A stretch of DNA of 64,000 bases from Patescibacteria group bacterium (GTDB lineage: Bacteria > Patescibacteriota > Minisyncoccia > Minisyncoccales > UBA10102), in NCBI GenBank assembly GCA_024239055.1, contig JANBVJ010000001.1, positions 297,124-361,123 on the forward strand. The letters are read 5' to 3'. A model generated the notes under the pieces. That model was not told the origin of the DNA. It saw nothing but the letters and a program-made list of their open reading frames with translations, and did no database searches. The position numbers were made by a program, and so were the translations under genes. How positions within the stretch are numbered: position 1 is the first letter of the stretch; each line of letters starts with the position of its first letter. Positions 10,069-19,141 of the stretch are shown here, one piece after another.

Positions 10069-10287
10069 TTATTCTATTTCTTTTTTAAGTATTAAAAGAC
10101 CTTTTTTCATTACTAATCTCTTGCCACTTAATGATGATCCTTCTTGTTGTAAGGTAGGTCTTATTTCTACAAGCTCCCATCCTTCTGAACCAAGTTTCGA
10201 TAGAAATTCTTTTATCTCTCTTATTGTTTTTTCTTCATTGAAGTCTTTTGCTTCAATACCCTCAATTCTATACTCAATTCTTTTCAT
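10069..10287 (-). CDS. DUF4177-like small protein
   Basis: 72 aa. MKRIEYRIEGI ... LGSEGWELVEI ... pattern typical of the DUF4177 family. Confidence 0.5.
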   Translation of the reverse strand: MKRIEYRIEGIEAKDFNEEKTIREIKEFLSKLGSEGWELVEIRPTLQQEGSSLSGKRLVMKKGLLILKKEIE

Positions 10288-10357
10288 ATCTTTATGTATA
10301 ATTTTGGAATAGTTCTTAACGATGTTTTGACGTTCCTAAAGCGGAAACACCGTACTT

Positions 10358-10430
10358 TGCTGCCGGACTAGGATTCGAACCTAGGTTACCGCATCCAGAG
10401 TGCGGAGTCCTACCACTAGACGATCCGGCA
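10358..10430 (-). tRNA. tRNA-Gln (anticodon CTG)
   Basis: Reverse complement folds as a cloverleaf. Acceptor TGCCGGA/TCCGGCA, anticodon stem CCGCA/TGCGG, loop CTCTGGA (anticodon CUG), T-arm CTAGG-TTCGAAT-CCTAG. CCA not encoded (ends GCA). Confidence 0.75.
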
Positions 10431-10464
10431 ATGAATAGTTTATACCACAAAATTAAGAGAAAAT

Positions 10465-11370
10465 CTACACCTTTAGATACCTTTTTACAGCAATTGCAGA
10501 GGAAATCATACCTAATATAACTCCTACAAGAAGCTGGGCTAAGAAAATGACAAAGATATTAGATAAAAAGTAGCTAAAGATATTAAAGCCAGAGATAAGG
10601 TTTTCCAAAGGACCTGACAAGAACAAAGTGGCGGGAATAAACAAAAGCAGAGATATTATAGCGGCCACGATACCAACAATAACACCCTGTACTACAAAAG
10701 GTCCTCTAATAAACCAGTTTGAAGCGCCAACTAAGCGCATCACCTCAATCTCTTCTCTGGTGCTGTAAATAGCAAGTCGTATAGTGTTAAACGCTACTAG
10801 TACGGCAACTATTCCCAATATAATGGTAAACAAGATGCCAAAAGTCTGAATACCGGAAGTTAAACCATCCAACCTCTGAATTACGGGTTCCCGCTCCTCA
10901 AAATCCACCTTGGATATTAATCCTCCAAAGGATTCTTCTAGAAAGTCAGTCACCTTAAGATATGAGCTAGAATCCCAAGTACGAATATTCAAAGAAGACA
11001 ATAAAGGATTACTTCCCACAGCCTCCAGGGAAGCCAAGATAACCTCATCCCCCTTATGCTCTTCTAAAAACTTCTCTAGAGCCTTATCTTTTGATATATA
11101 CTGAACATCTCTTACATCATCTAATTTTACTAATTCATCCCTTACCTGCAGAATCTCTTCTTCAAAGACAGTATCTAAAAAGTAGGTAGAAATATCCACC
11201 CTTGACTCAAGCGAAGTAATGACAAAGGCGGCAGTCCCCTGAAAAAGCATTAGGAACGTAACCAAAGAGATGGCTATCACCATAACAAATACTGTAGCAA
11301 CAGAAGAGCCCCTATCTCGCATAAAAGACTGGTATCCAAATCTTGAGATTCTTTTAAATTCGGTAAACAT
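10465..11370 (-). CDS. ftsX: Cell division ABC transporter permease FtsX
   Basis: 301 aa. N-terminal cytoplasmic segment, TM1, extracytoplasmic loop domain, three C-terminal TMs. Immediately downstream of ftsE. Confidence 0.85.
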   Translation of the reverse strand: MFTEFKRISRFGYQSFMRDRGSSVATVFVMVIAISLVTFLMLFQGTAAFVITSLESRVDISTYFLDTVFEEEILQVRDELVKLDDVRDVQYISKDKALEKFLEEHKGDEVILASLEAVGSNPLLSSLNIRTWDSSSYLKVTDFLEESFGGLISKVDFEEREPVIQRLDGLTSGIQTFGILFTIILGIVAVLVAFNTIRLAIYSTREEIEVMRLVGASNWFIRGPFVVQGVIVGIVAAIISLLLFIPATLFLSGPLENLISGFNIFSYFLSNIFVIFLAQLLVGVILGMISSAIAVKRYLKV

Positions 11371-11371
11371 G

Positions 11372-12052
11372 TTACAAAATAAACTTTCCTCTTTCTTCGT
11401 CCCGTATAACCTTTCCGTCGTCCAAGGTAATAACCCTCTTACCTAAACGATTAATGACATCTTTATCGTGAGTAGCTAAAATTACAGTTGTCCCAAGTCC
11501 ATTTATGGTCGCCAATAACTTTATTATATCCTGCGTATGATAGGGATCCAGATTACCCGTAGGCTCATCAGCCACAATGACATCTGGCCTGTGAATCAAG
11601 GCACGTGCTATAGCAACCCGCTGCTTTTCTCCTCCAGACAGCTGATTTGGAAAGTGTTCAGCCCTCTCCATTAATTCCACTAACTTCAATACTTCTGAAA
11701 CATCCCTATCAATGTCCCCCCCTCTTGCTCCCATAACCTCCATAACATAAGCTACATTCTCGTATGCCGTCTTCATAGGCAGAAGCTTATAGTCCTGGAA
11801 TACCGTACCTATTCTTCTTCTAAAGTCAGGAATGAAACCAGAAGGAATCTCAGCAATATCCTGGTCGTCAAATAGAACCTTTCCCGAGGTAGGATCTTCT
11901 TCACGTAATAATAAACGCAGGAGTGTGGTTTTACCAGCCCCGGACTTTCCAACCAAAGATACAAACTCTCCTTTTTTTACCTCAAAAGATACTCTATCTA
12001 TGGCAGCTGTATCTTTACCATATATCTTTGATGTGTTTTCAAATCTAATCAT
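11372..12052 (-). CDS. ftsE: Cell division ATP-binding protein FtsE
   Basis: Walker A GKSGAGKTT, signature LSGGEKQRVAIARAL, Walker B VIVADEPTGNLD. 226 aa. Confidence 0.9.
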   Translation of the reverse strand: MIRFENTSKIYGKDTAAIDRVSFEVKKGEFVSLVGKSGAGKTTLLRLLLREEDPTSGKVLFDDQDIAEIPSGFIPDFRRRIGTVFQDYKLLPMKTAYENVAYVMEVMGARGGDIDRDVSEVLKLVELMERAEHFPNQLSGGEKQRVAIARALIHRPDVIVADEPTGNLDPYHTQDIIKLLATINGLGTTVILATHDKDVINRLGKRVITLDDGKVIRDEERGKFIL

Positions 12053-13138
12053 GAAATACGTAATGAGGACTCAATAAATGCATCCAAATTCCCGTCTAAG
12101 ACAGCATCCACATTACTATCCTCTTGATCTGTCCTATGATCCTTTACCAGCTTATATGGATGTAAGACATAAGAGCGTATCTGACTCCCCCATTCAATTG
12201 CCTTTCTTTCCCCTTTCTCCTCTTCTAACTCCTTTTCTCTTTTCTCTTCCTGCATTAAGTATAACTTAGAGTAGAGCAGTTGCATCGCCTTCTCTCTATT
12301 TTCCCCTTGGGTTCTAGAAGATTGCGCCGCAACCACAATACCAGTTGGAATATGTGTAATACGCACTGCTGTCTCTCTCTTATTCACATTCTGTCCTCCT
12401 GGCCCTGAAGAGCGAAAGGTATCTATCTTTAAATCATCTGACTTTACTGCAATTTCTTTCTGTTCTTCTGAAGACAACTCTGGCATCACGTCTACGGAAG
12501 CAAAAGAGGTATGACGCAGGGACTTGGCTGAAAAAGGAGAGATACGAACTAATCTGTGTACACCCTTCTCTCTTCTCAAATACCCATATGCATACTTTCC
12601 TTTTACCTCCAATACCGCCTGCTTTACACCTATTCTTCCCTCGGGACCGGGATCTCCAAATGACTGATGTAGAACCTGAGCTTTCCATCCCTTTCTATTA
12701 AAGTATCTCTCATACATACGGAGCAGCATTGAGGCCCAATCCTGGGCATCCTGACCTCCGGCTCCCGCCGTAATAGTAAAGAGAGCATCTCCCTTATCGT
12801 TCTTGCCCGATAAAAATGTACGAAACTCTTCTTTTGCAACCTTCTTTTCTAACTTCTCAAGCGGCAAAGCAATATCTTTTTCTTCTGAAATTTCAGAAAG
12901 CTCTTTTACATCTTTAAATTCTTTCTTCAATACGTCTATTACCTCAACCTCCTCTTTTAAGCCAGCTAACTCTTGCGACAACTTACCAGATTTCTTTGGA
13001 TCTGACCAAAACTCTGCATCTTGCGATTCCTTCTCAATTACCTCTATTCTCTTTTTCTTTTCTGGCAAGTCAAAGACAGTCCTCCAAATGGAGGAGTTTC
13101 TCTTGTAATTCTTTCAGTGTCTCTGAAATATCTTGCAT
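12049..13138 (-). CDS. prfB: Peptide chain release factor 2, requires programmed +1 frameshift (ORF0 13138..13070, then +1 into 13071..12049)
   Basis: SPF motif (RISPFSAK) and GGQ motif (SGPGGQNVNK) in the main ORF. Upstream 22-codon ORF0 MQDISETLKELQEKLLHLEDCL ends in CTT TGA C preceded by GGAGG. Confidence 0.85.
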
Positions 13139-13171
13139 TAAGTCATTGTAGTCAAAAAAGAGGGTGAAATC

Positions 13172-13214
13172 AAGAAAAAAGAAAAAGTCCCAACCAAATA
13201 GTGTGATTGGGACT
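13172..13214 (-). terminator. Intrinsic terminator downstream of hypothetical gene 13235..13813
   Basis: Minus strand: gtcccaa-(13 nt)-ttgggac hairpin followed by TTTTTCTTTTTTC. Confidence 0.5.
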
Positions 13215-13234
13215 TACCTCCATAGGATGCTCTG

Positions 13235-13813
13235 TTATAAGACCCTTACATTGACTGTTTCGCCCCACTCTAGAAGCTGTTTTAGTTGAGTAAGCTCCCC
13301 CTCACGCCTCTCAACTACCTCACGAAGATCCCGTAAGAGTCTATGTACGATATCACGCAAAAGCATACTACGGTCTGATACCTCTTCAAAAAACGACTGC
13401 AGATCCTCTTCGTTAATTAAGTAAATAGTACCGATTTTTTTCTGATTCCATAGACCGAATTTTCCATTGCGGGTCAAGAAAAGACAATAGCCATTCTTAG
13501 ACGCACTACCAAAGAATCGATGCTCCGAAACCAGAAGCAGACATTTTGTTTCTGGTGACACACGATCATCAGGAAACTCAGCTCTTAACCAACCCCCTAG
13601 TTGATCCTTTATTGGTCTTAATGCAAGAGCCCGCAGACAGTGTTTGAAACGTTCTACAAACTCCAAGAGAATGCCCGTAGACTCCTCTGCGGAAAGATCA
13701 GGATGAACCTTTGGTTCTACACCAAGAATCCAATCCTCAATACTCACTATTACGTTGTTGGGCGAACCCATTTTGAACTCCTTTTTATGCCTTTGGGCGA
13801 ACCCATCTGGCAA
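13235..13813 (-). CDS. Hypothetical protein (no recognisable domain; C-terminal coiled coil)
   Basis: 192 aa ORF between the tRNA pair and prfB. Own terminator. Composition slightly GC-richer than neighbours. Confidence 0.55.
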   Translation of the reverse strand: MPDGFAQRHKKEFKMGSPNNVIVSIEDWILGVEPKVHPDLSAEESTGILLEFVERFKHCLRALALRPIKDQLGGWLRAEFPDDRVSPETKCLLLVSEHRFFGSASKNGYCLFLTRNGKFGLWNQKKIGTIYLINEEDLQSFFEEVSDRSMLLRDIVHRLLRDLREVVERREGELTQLKQLLEWGETVNVRVL

Positions 13814-13884
13814 TTTACCAGGACCTATGTGAAGGACCTAACTTATTCTTAAAACAAAAATAGGTTTAGGTCAAGCTATAATAT

Positions 13885-13959
13885 TGGAGCCAGCGATCGG
13901 ATTCGAACCGATGGCCTACTCTTTACGGGAGAGTTGCTCTACCACTGAGCTACGCTGGC
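13885..13959 (-). tRNA. tRNA-Thr (anticodon CGT), CCA encoded
   Basis: Reverse complement GCCAGCG-TA-GCTCAGTGGTAGAGC-A-ACTCT-CCCGTAA-AGAGT-AGGCC-ATCGG-TTCGAAT-CCGAT-CGCTGGC-T-CCA. Anticodon loop has C at position 33. Confidence 0.65.
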
Positions 13960-13968
13960 ACATCTTCA

Positions 13969-14041
13969 TGAGCGGGTGAAGGGAATCGAACCCTCGTCAT
14001 TAGCTTGGGAAGCTAACGTACTACCACTGTACTACACCCGC
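13969..14041 (-). tRNA. tRNA-Gly (anticodon CCC)
   Basis: Reverse complement GCGGGTG-TA-GTACAGTGGTAGTAC-G-TTAGC-TTCCCAA-GCTAA-TGAC-GAGGG-TTCGATT-CCCTT-CACCCGC-T. Anticodon CCC. Ends TCA (CCA not encoded). Confidence 0.75.
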
Positions 14042-14430
14042 TAGAACCATGTGATAGGATTCCACCAGACACGTTCTTTCTCTCCCTTATCTATCTCTTC
14101 TTTTTCATCTGGAGGAAGTATGGTAATAACCTCTTCCCCTGGTTTCTGGAATAATCCCTGTTCTCGCAATATCTTTTCTTGAAACTCTTCTGAATCATTG
14201 TACTCAATCTTGACCTCAAGATCTCCTTGTCGTAATTGAAGCTCTAATAACTGTGCCTGAAGCTCCTGCTTTCTCTGTTCTAAATCAGAACGCCTACTAT
14301 TAATAGAAAAGTTGTTGTAGATAAAGAATCCAATAATACCCAGAATCACTAAAAGAAATATACTTACAAAGAATATATTCTGTATCTTCTCCCACTTCTC
14401 TTTACGTTTACTACTTCTTTTTGCTATCAT
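14041..14430 (-). CDS. Septum formation initiator family protein (FtsB/DivIC-like)
   Basis: 129 aa. N-terminal TM, leucine-zipper-like coiled coil (LEQRKQELQAQLLELQLRQGDLEVKIEY), then the PGEEVI motif typical of FtsB/DivIC. Confidence 0.65.
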   Translation of the reverse strand: MIAKRSSKRKEKWEKIQNIFFVSIFLLVILGIIGFFIYNNFSINSRRSDLEQRKQELQAQLLELQLRQGDLEVKIEYNDSEEFQEKILREQGLFQKPGEEVITILPPDEKEEIDKGEKERVWWNPITWF

Positions 14431-14588
14431 GTAAAATATATGATGTCAAAGAAATTTCTTCGAGTCATCTGGATTATCATAGCCAGTATTGTAACACTAT
14501 CTATGCTGGGCTTCCTTTTGCTCCCTATACTATAAGAAATCAAGGGAGTTTTCAACTCCTAAATACATCTAGATTTTAGTTGCCTAAT

Positions 14589-15593
14589 TTATTTAATTAA
14601 AATAGTTGGCTGAGATTCTTTAGAAATATTCACTCTCAAAGGAATAACATTAACTATGCCTTGTTTTTCTACCTCAACCTTCAACACTAAACCTTCCATG
14701 GTATCTGGAGAAAAATTCTGGTCAAAGATAAAATTACCCAAACCATACGCTATCCAGCTATCTTTGTACTGTTCTACTGGTTGAACTACATGTGAGTGGT
14801 GCCCAATAATAAAATCTGCGCCAGCATCAATAGCGGCTTTTGAAAGAATCTGCTGTGTCATACTTGGTTCTTTTTGATACTCCTCTCCAAAATGGAAGGA
14901 AACGACTAAAATATCTACATTTTCTTTAGCTACTTCAATATCTTTTTTCAATTGAGAAAGTCTTGTGGAATCCATCCAAGAAATACCAGGACTATTCTCT
15001 CCAGCCTGCCAAAGAGGCGAACCCTTTGTACTGTAAGCTATTATACCAATTGTAGTTCCTTTTATAACTTTTACTACGACAGTTTCAGCCTCATTCCTTG
15101 TTACTCCCCCTCCCACATAATCTATTCCTGCTTCTTTTAGTCTTTCCAAGCTGTCAACAAAGGCTTCCGGTCCATAATCTATACTATGGTTATTTGCAAC
15201 AGAAACTACATCAATACCAGAAAACACTAATCCTTCCATTGTTTTTGGATCAGCTCGAAAAGAATACATACTTCCCACCTTTTCTCCTTTATCTGAGATA
15301 ACACTCTCAAGATTTCCAAATACTAAATCAGCTTTCTGAAAGATATCTTTCACATTTAAAAATGGCCATCTCCAATCATCATGTTGCTGTATATAGAATT
15401 CTACTCCCCTATCTAACATAATATCTCCTACAAAAAGAAGAACAGTTTGTTCTTCAACTACATTAGATGCAATAGGAAGAACATTACTAAGCACTGGCGA
15501 AGCTGTAAACTTTTCTTGCCAGAAAATAAATGAACCTCCTAAAAGAGTTACAAAAAGCAATATAGTAAATATTAATAAGATAACTGTTTTCAC
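14589..15593 (-). CDS. CapA/PgsA family metallophosphatase-like protein (poly-gamma-glutamate capsule synthesis-type)
   Basis: 334 aa. N-terminal signal/TM, motifs VGDIMLDRG, GNLE, VANNH, GHHSH characteristic of the CapA (YwtB) calcineurin-like family. Confidence 0.75.
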   Translation of the reverse strand: MKTVILLIFTILLFVTLLGGSFIFWQEKFTASPVLSNVLPIASNVVEEQTVLLFVGDIMLDRGVEFYIQQHDDWRWPFLNVKDIFQKADLVFGNLESVISDKGEKVGSMYSFRADPKTMEGLVFSGIDVVSVANNHSIDYGPEAFVDSLERLKEAGIDYVGGGVTRNEAETVVVKVIKGTTIGIIAYSTKGSPLWQAGENSPGISWMDSTRLSQLKKDIEVAKENVDILVVSFHFGEEYQKEPSMTQQILSKAAIDAGADFIIGHHSHVVQPVEQYKDSWIAYGLGNFIFDQNFSPDTMEGLVLKVEVEKQGIVNVIPLRVNISKESQPTILIK

Positions 15594-15604
15594 AACACTT
15601 ACTT

Positions 15605-17368
15605 CTAACTCCTAAATACGTCCAAAAACACCTTAGGAGGAATAATAACCCTTCCTTTTGCTTTTAGCTCTTTTTTCCCCTTCTTTTGCTTGTCCAACAA
15701 CTTGTTCTTTCTCGTCACGTCCCCTCCATATAAGGAAGCTGTCACGTCTCGTCTTCTTGACCCTATGGTTTCGCGCGCCAAAACCTTACCTCCAACAACA
15801 GCTTGCAGGGCAACAGAAAACTGCTGGGCGGGCAGAACCTCTTTTAACTTTGCCACCAATGTCTTTCCTTCTTGATATGCGCTCACCTTTGGAACCACCT
15901 TTGAAAAGGCCTCTTGTATCTCTCCTGCAATCAAAACCTCAAGTTTTACCAAGTCCCCTTTTCTCATATCTATAATTTCATAATCCATAGAGGCCATACC
16001 CTGAGTTACAGATTTTAGCTTGTCATAGAAATCAATAATTATCTCACGCAGAGGCGCCTCATACACAAGTTGAACCGTCTTTTCGCTCAAGTACACAATA
16101 TCCTTTTGAGTACCCTCTATTTGTTCTAAAAGCTGTAATGCTTTTGGATAGAAGGAGGCTGGTGTAATAACCTCAACTTGTGCCCAGGGTTCTTTAATTG
16201 ACTCAATTTGCGTTGGATCTGGCCAATCAACTGCGGTCTTTATAGAAAGCTCTTTTCCTTTCTTGTCTGTAACTGAAAACTCTACAGATGGACGGGATAT
16301 AACCAAAGGGACTGAAAACTCCCTCTGAATGCGTTCAGCAATAATCTCTGAGTGCAGAACTCCGAGAAATCCGCACCTGAATCCCCTGCCCAAGGCTTCA
16401 TGAGCTTCTGGTTCTGAAACAAACGATGGATCATTAAGATGCAGCTTGTTTACCGCGTCCTTTAATACATCAAAGTCGTCTGTATTCTGAGGATAAAAAC
16501 TCACAAAGACAACTGGCTTTGGCTGGGTATATCCTTTCAGAGCACTTGCAGAAGGAGTAGATACTAAAGTAATGGTATCTCCAATACGAACAACTCCTGC
16601 ATCCTTGATTCCGGTAGCGACATATCCAATCTCTCCATCTGAGATAACAGGGAAAGGGGTTTCCTTTGGAATTACATAGCCTACTTCTTTTGCGACTCCT
16701 GAGGTCTTTTGAGCAATAAAGCGCAACTTATCTCCTGCTTTAAGCTCCCCTCCTTTTAACCTTACATACGCTACAACACCCAAAAAGGCATCATACCTTG
16801 AGTCAAATATTAAGGCCTTTGTTTCCTTCCCACCTGATGATGGAGCTGGAATATCATTCACTACAGCCTGCAATAATTCCTTCACTCCCTCTCCGGTTTT
16901 TGCTGAAATACGAAAAACCTTGTTTGCTGGAACCAAGGAGGCTATTTCTTTTTCAGCGCCTACAACATCAGCTGAAGCTACATCTATTTTATTGACAGCG
17001 GGAATAATCTTCAATCCCTGCTGTTGCGCCAAACGTAAGTTAGCAAGAGTCTGCGCCTGAATACCCTTGGTCGCGTCCACCAGCAAAATAGCTCCCTCTA
17101 CCGCCGCCATGGAACGCGAAACTTCGTAAGCAAAGTCCACGTGTCCTGGGGTATCAATAAGGTTTAAAATATACTCCCCGTACTTTAGTCGTATGGGCTG
17201 CAGTTTAATAGTAATACCCTTTTCCTGTTCTAACTCCATCTGGTCTAAATACTGCTCTCGCATCTCTCGCTTATCTATAGCCCCAGTCAACTCCAAAAAT
17301 CTATCTGCCAAGGTAGACTTTCCATGGTCAACATGAGAAATAATGACAAAATTTCTTATATTATTCAT
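15605..17368 (-). CDS. lepA: Elongation factor 4 (LepA)
   Basis: N-terminus IRNFVIISHVDHGKSTLADRFLELTG, G-domain motifs DTPGH, NKID. 587 aa with LepA-specific C-terminal domain. Confidence 0.95.
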   Translation of the reverse strand: MNNIRNFVIISHVDHGKSTLADRFLELTGAIDKREMREQYLDQMELEQEKGITIKLQPIRLKYGEYILNLIDTPGHVDFAYEVSRSMAAVEGAILLVDATKGIQAQTLANLRLAQQQGLKIIPAVNKIDVASADVVGAEKEIASLVPANKVFRISAKTGEGVKELLQAVVNDIPAPSSGGKETKALIFDSRYDAFLGVVAYVRLKGGELKAGDKLRFIAQKTSGVAKEVGYVIPKETPFPVISDGEIGYVATGIKDAGVVRIGDTITLVSTPSASALKGYTQPKPVVFVSFYPQNTDDFDVLKDAVNKLHLNDPSFVSEPEAHEALGRGFRCGFLGVLHSEIIAERIQREFSVPLVISRPSVEFSVTDKKGKELSIKTAVDWPDPTQIESIKEPWAQVEVITPASFYPKALQLLEQIEGTQKDIVYLSEKTVQLVYEAPLREIIIDFYDKLKSVTQGMASMDYEIIDMRKGDLVKLEVLIAGEIQEAFSKVVPKVSAYQEGKTLVAKLKEVLPAQQFSVALQAVVGGKVLARETIGSRRRDVTASLYGGDVTRKNKLLDKQKKGKKELKAKGRVIIPPKVFLDVFRS

Positions 17369-18998
17369 TTCTCTTTAGTAACCTTCCTACAATCTCAAGA
17401 AGTTCTTGGGACTTTAAAAAGTATGACACTACAAGGTATACTAAAAAACCAATTGTCCCCGCAACTCCAACTTGTAATAAAACTCCAAAAAACGTATCTA
17501 AAGAAATAAATAGAGGCACAATGCGTAGTGCAAAGAAAGCAGAAAAGATTGTTAGAATTCCAGCTATAATTGCATTTCTCAAAGTAATAAATACATGAGG
17601 CAGGAATACTATCTTAGTTTTTTGAGAAAGAAAGATAGATAGAAGAAAGAATTGAAAGAGAGCACTTAAGGATAAAGCAAAGGGAAGTGCAAGAATCCTC
17701 TGGTCCCCTACGCCAGTAAGATCCAACGCAGAAATCACATAACTACTAAATACATTTGTAGTAGAAAAAACAGAAACAAAGAAAATGGCCAGCAGGATAT
17801 TCAAAATCACAGAAGAAATACTAATAACTACAGGGGTTCTGGTATCTTGCATAGAAAAGAAAGAGCGCACCAATAAAGGAATAAGAGCCAAAGGAATAAT
17901 ACCTAAAGCAAAGACTCCAAGGGATGCTGCTGTAAGTTGAGTTGCCTCCCAGCCAAACTCACCTGTTCCAAAGATAACACGCACTATCTGAGCTCTCAAA
18001 ATAAATACTAACAAAGCTATGGGTACCGTAAAAAAGATAATCCTAGAAAATGCATAAGAAAAATACCTAGCAAATTCCTCTGTTCTATTCTGAGCAAAGG
18101 AGCGTGAGAGTGCGGGAAATGCAGCCACGGCAAAAGATATTCCAATCAGACTTACAGGAACATACTGGAGGTTGTCGGCAAAACTAAAGACTGCAATGGA
18201 ACCCACAGCCAAAGTTGAAGCTATCGCCGTCATCACAATCAAGTTAACGTGATAGGCGGCAGCTCCAATGGTTCTTGGTAGGGCAAGTTTCATAATCTGA
18301 GACACCGAGGCATGAGAAACATCCAGCATAAACCTCCATCTAAAACCAGAATTTAAAACAGGCACAATTTGAACGGCAACATGTAATAGAGCTCCAAAAA
18401 CAACACCCCAGGCCAAACCAATTACTCCAAGAAGAGGAACAAAGTAAAAAATTCCAATAATAATACCTATATTATACATAACAGGAGCTAAAGAATATGC
18501 AAAAAACCTCCCAAAGTACTGCAAGAGTCCTGAAAGAAGAGAGGAAGCTCCAAAGAGTATAGGAGAGAAGAACATAATACGGGTTAAGAGAACTGCGGTC
18601 TCCTGATTCTCAGGAGAAAACCCTGGAGCTACCAGACGCATCAAAAAAGGAGCAAATATGCCAAGTACAACGGAAAACCCAATAAGTACTAAAAAGACAA
18701 TATTAAATATGTTGGCTGCTACCTTCCATGCCTCATCCTTATTCTTGTTGAAATATTGCGCAAATACAGGCAAAAAAACAGCGGTAAGACCGCCCATAAT
18801 GAGAATATTGTAGAGAAAGTCAGGAATACGAAATGCCGCAAAATACATATCCAACTGTTCTCCGGCTCCAAAAGTTCCAGCTAACAACCTATCTCGAAAC
18901 AAAGCCAAGAGTTTGGCTGTTAGAGAAGCTGCAAATAGGATGCCCGCAGCATACGTTACCTTATTGGTTTGCGAGTTCAATAATCCCTTAAGTGTCAT
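17361..18998 (-). CDS. murJ: Lipid II flippase MurJ (MviN)
   Basis: 545 aa, ~14 TM. N-terminal AAGILFAASLTAKLLALFRDRLLAGTFGAG...LDMYFAAFRIP is typical of MurJ. Confidence 0.9.
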   Translation of the reverse strand: MTLKGLLNSQTNKVTYAAGILFAASLTAKLLALFRDRLLAGTFGAGEQLDMYFAAFRIPDFLYNILIMGGLTAVFLPVFAQYFNKNKDEAWKVAANIFNIVFLVLIGFSVVLGIFAPFLMRLVAPGFSPENQETAVLLTRIMFFSPILFGASSLLSGLLQYFGRFFAYSLAPVMYNIGIIIGIFYFVPLLGVIGLAWGVVFGALLHVAVQIVPVLNSGFRWRFMLDVSHASVSQIMKLALPRTIGAAAYHVNLIVMTAIASTLAVGSIAVFSFADNLQYVPVSLIGISFAVAAFPALSRSFAQNRTEEFARYFSYAFSRIIFFTVPIALLVFILRAQIVRVIFGTGEFGWEATQLTAASLGVFALGIIPLALIPLLVRSFFSMQDTRTPVVISISSVILNILLAIFFVSVFSTTNVFSSYVISALDLTGVGDQRILALPFALSLSALFQFFLLSIFLSQKTKIVFLPHVFITLRNAIIAGILTIFSAFFALRIVPLFISLDTFFGVLLQVGVAGTIGFLVYLVVSYFLKSQELLEIVGRLLKRNE

Positions 18999-19023
18999 TA
19001 CCCTATCTTATATGAATTACTCT

Positions 19024-19081
19024 AATAAAAAAAGAAATGAGGGAGTCAGAGCTACACAATGTGTAGATAACTCCCTCATTT
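19024..19081 (-). terminator. Intrinsic terminator downstream of the GC-rich orphan gene
   Basis: aatgagggagt ... actccctcatt 11-bp stem (19036-19046/19070-19080) followed on the minus strand by TCTTTTTTTATT. Confidence 0.55.
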
Positions 19082-19141
19082 TTTGCTCGAGGGCTCAAGA
19101 ATCAAGAGATAAAAAGTCAAAAGATTCGAGAGAACGAGAGC

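Noticed and set aside
12434-12839. Two overlapping minus-strand ORFs (84 aa, 69 aa) inside prfB in other frames
   Set aside because: Alternative-frame artefacts within RF2 coding sequence. The real unusual feature is the +1 frameshift at 13070-13078, not these.
14589-15593. CapA as evidence for a poly-gamma-glutamate capsule operon
   Set aside because: No CapB/PgsB (amide ligase) or CapC genes are adjacent. A lone CapA-like metallophosphatase-fold protein is common and not sufficient to infer PGA synthesis.
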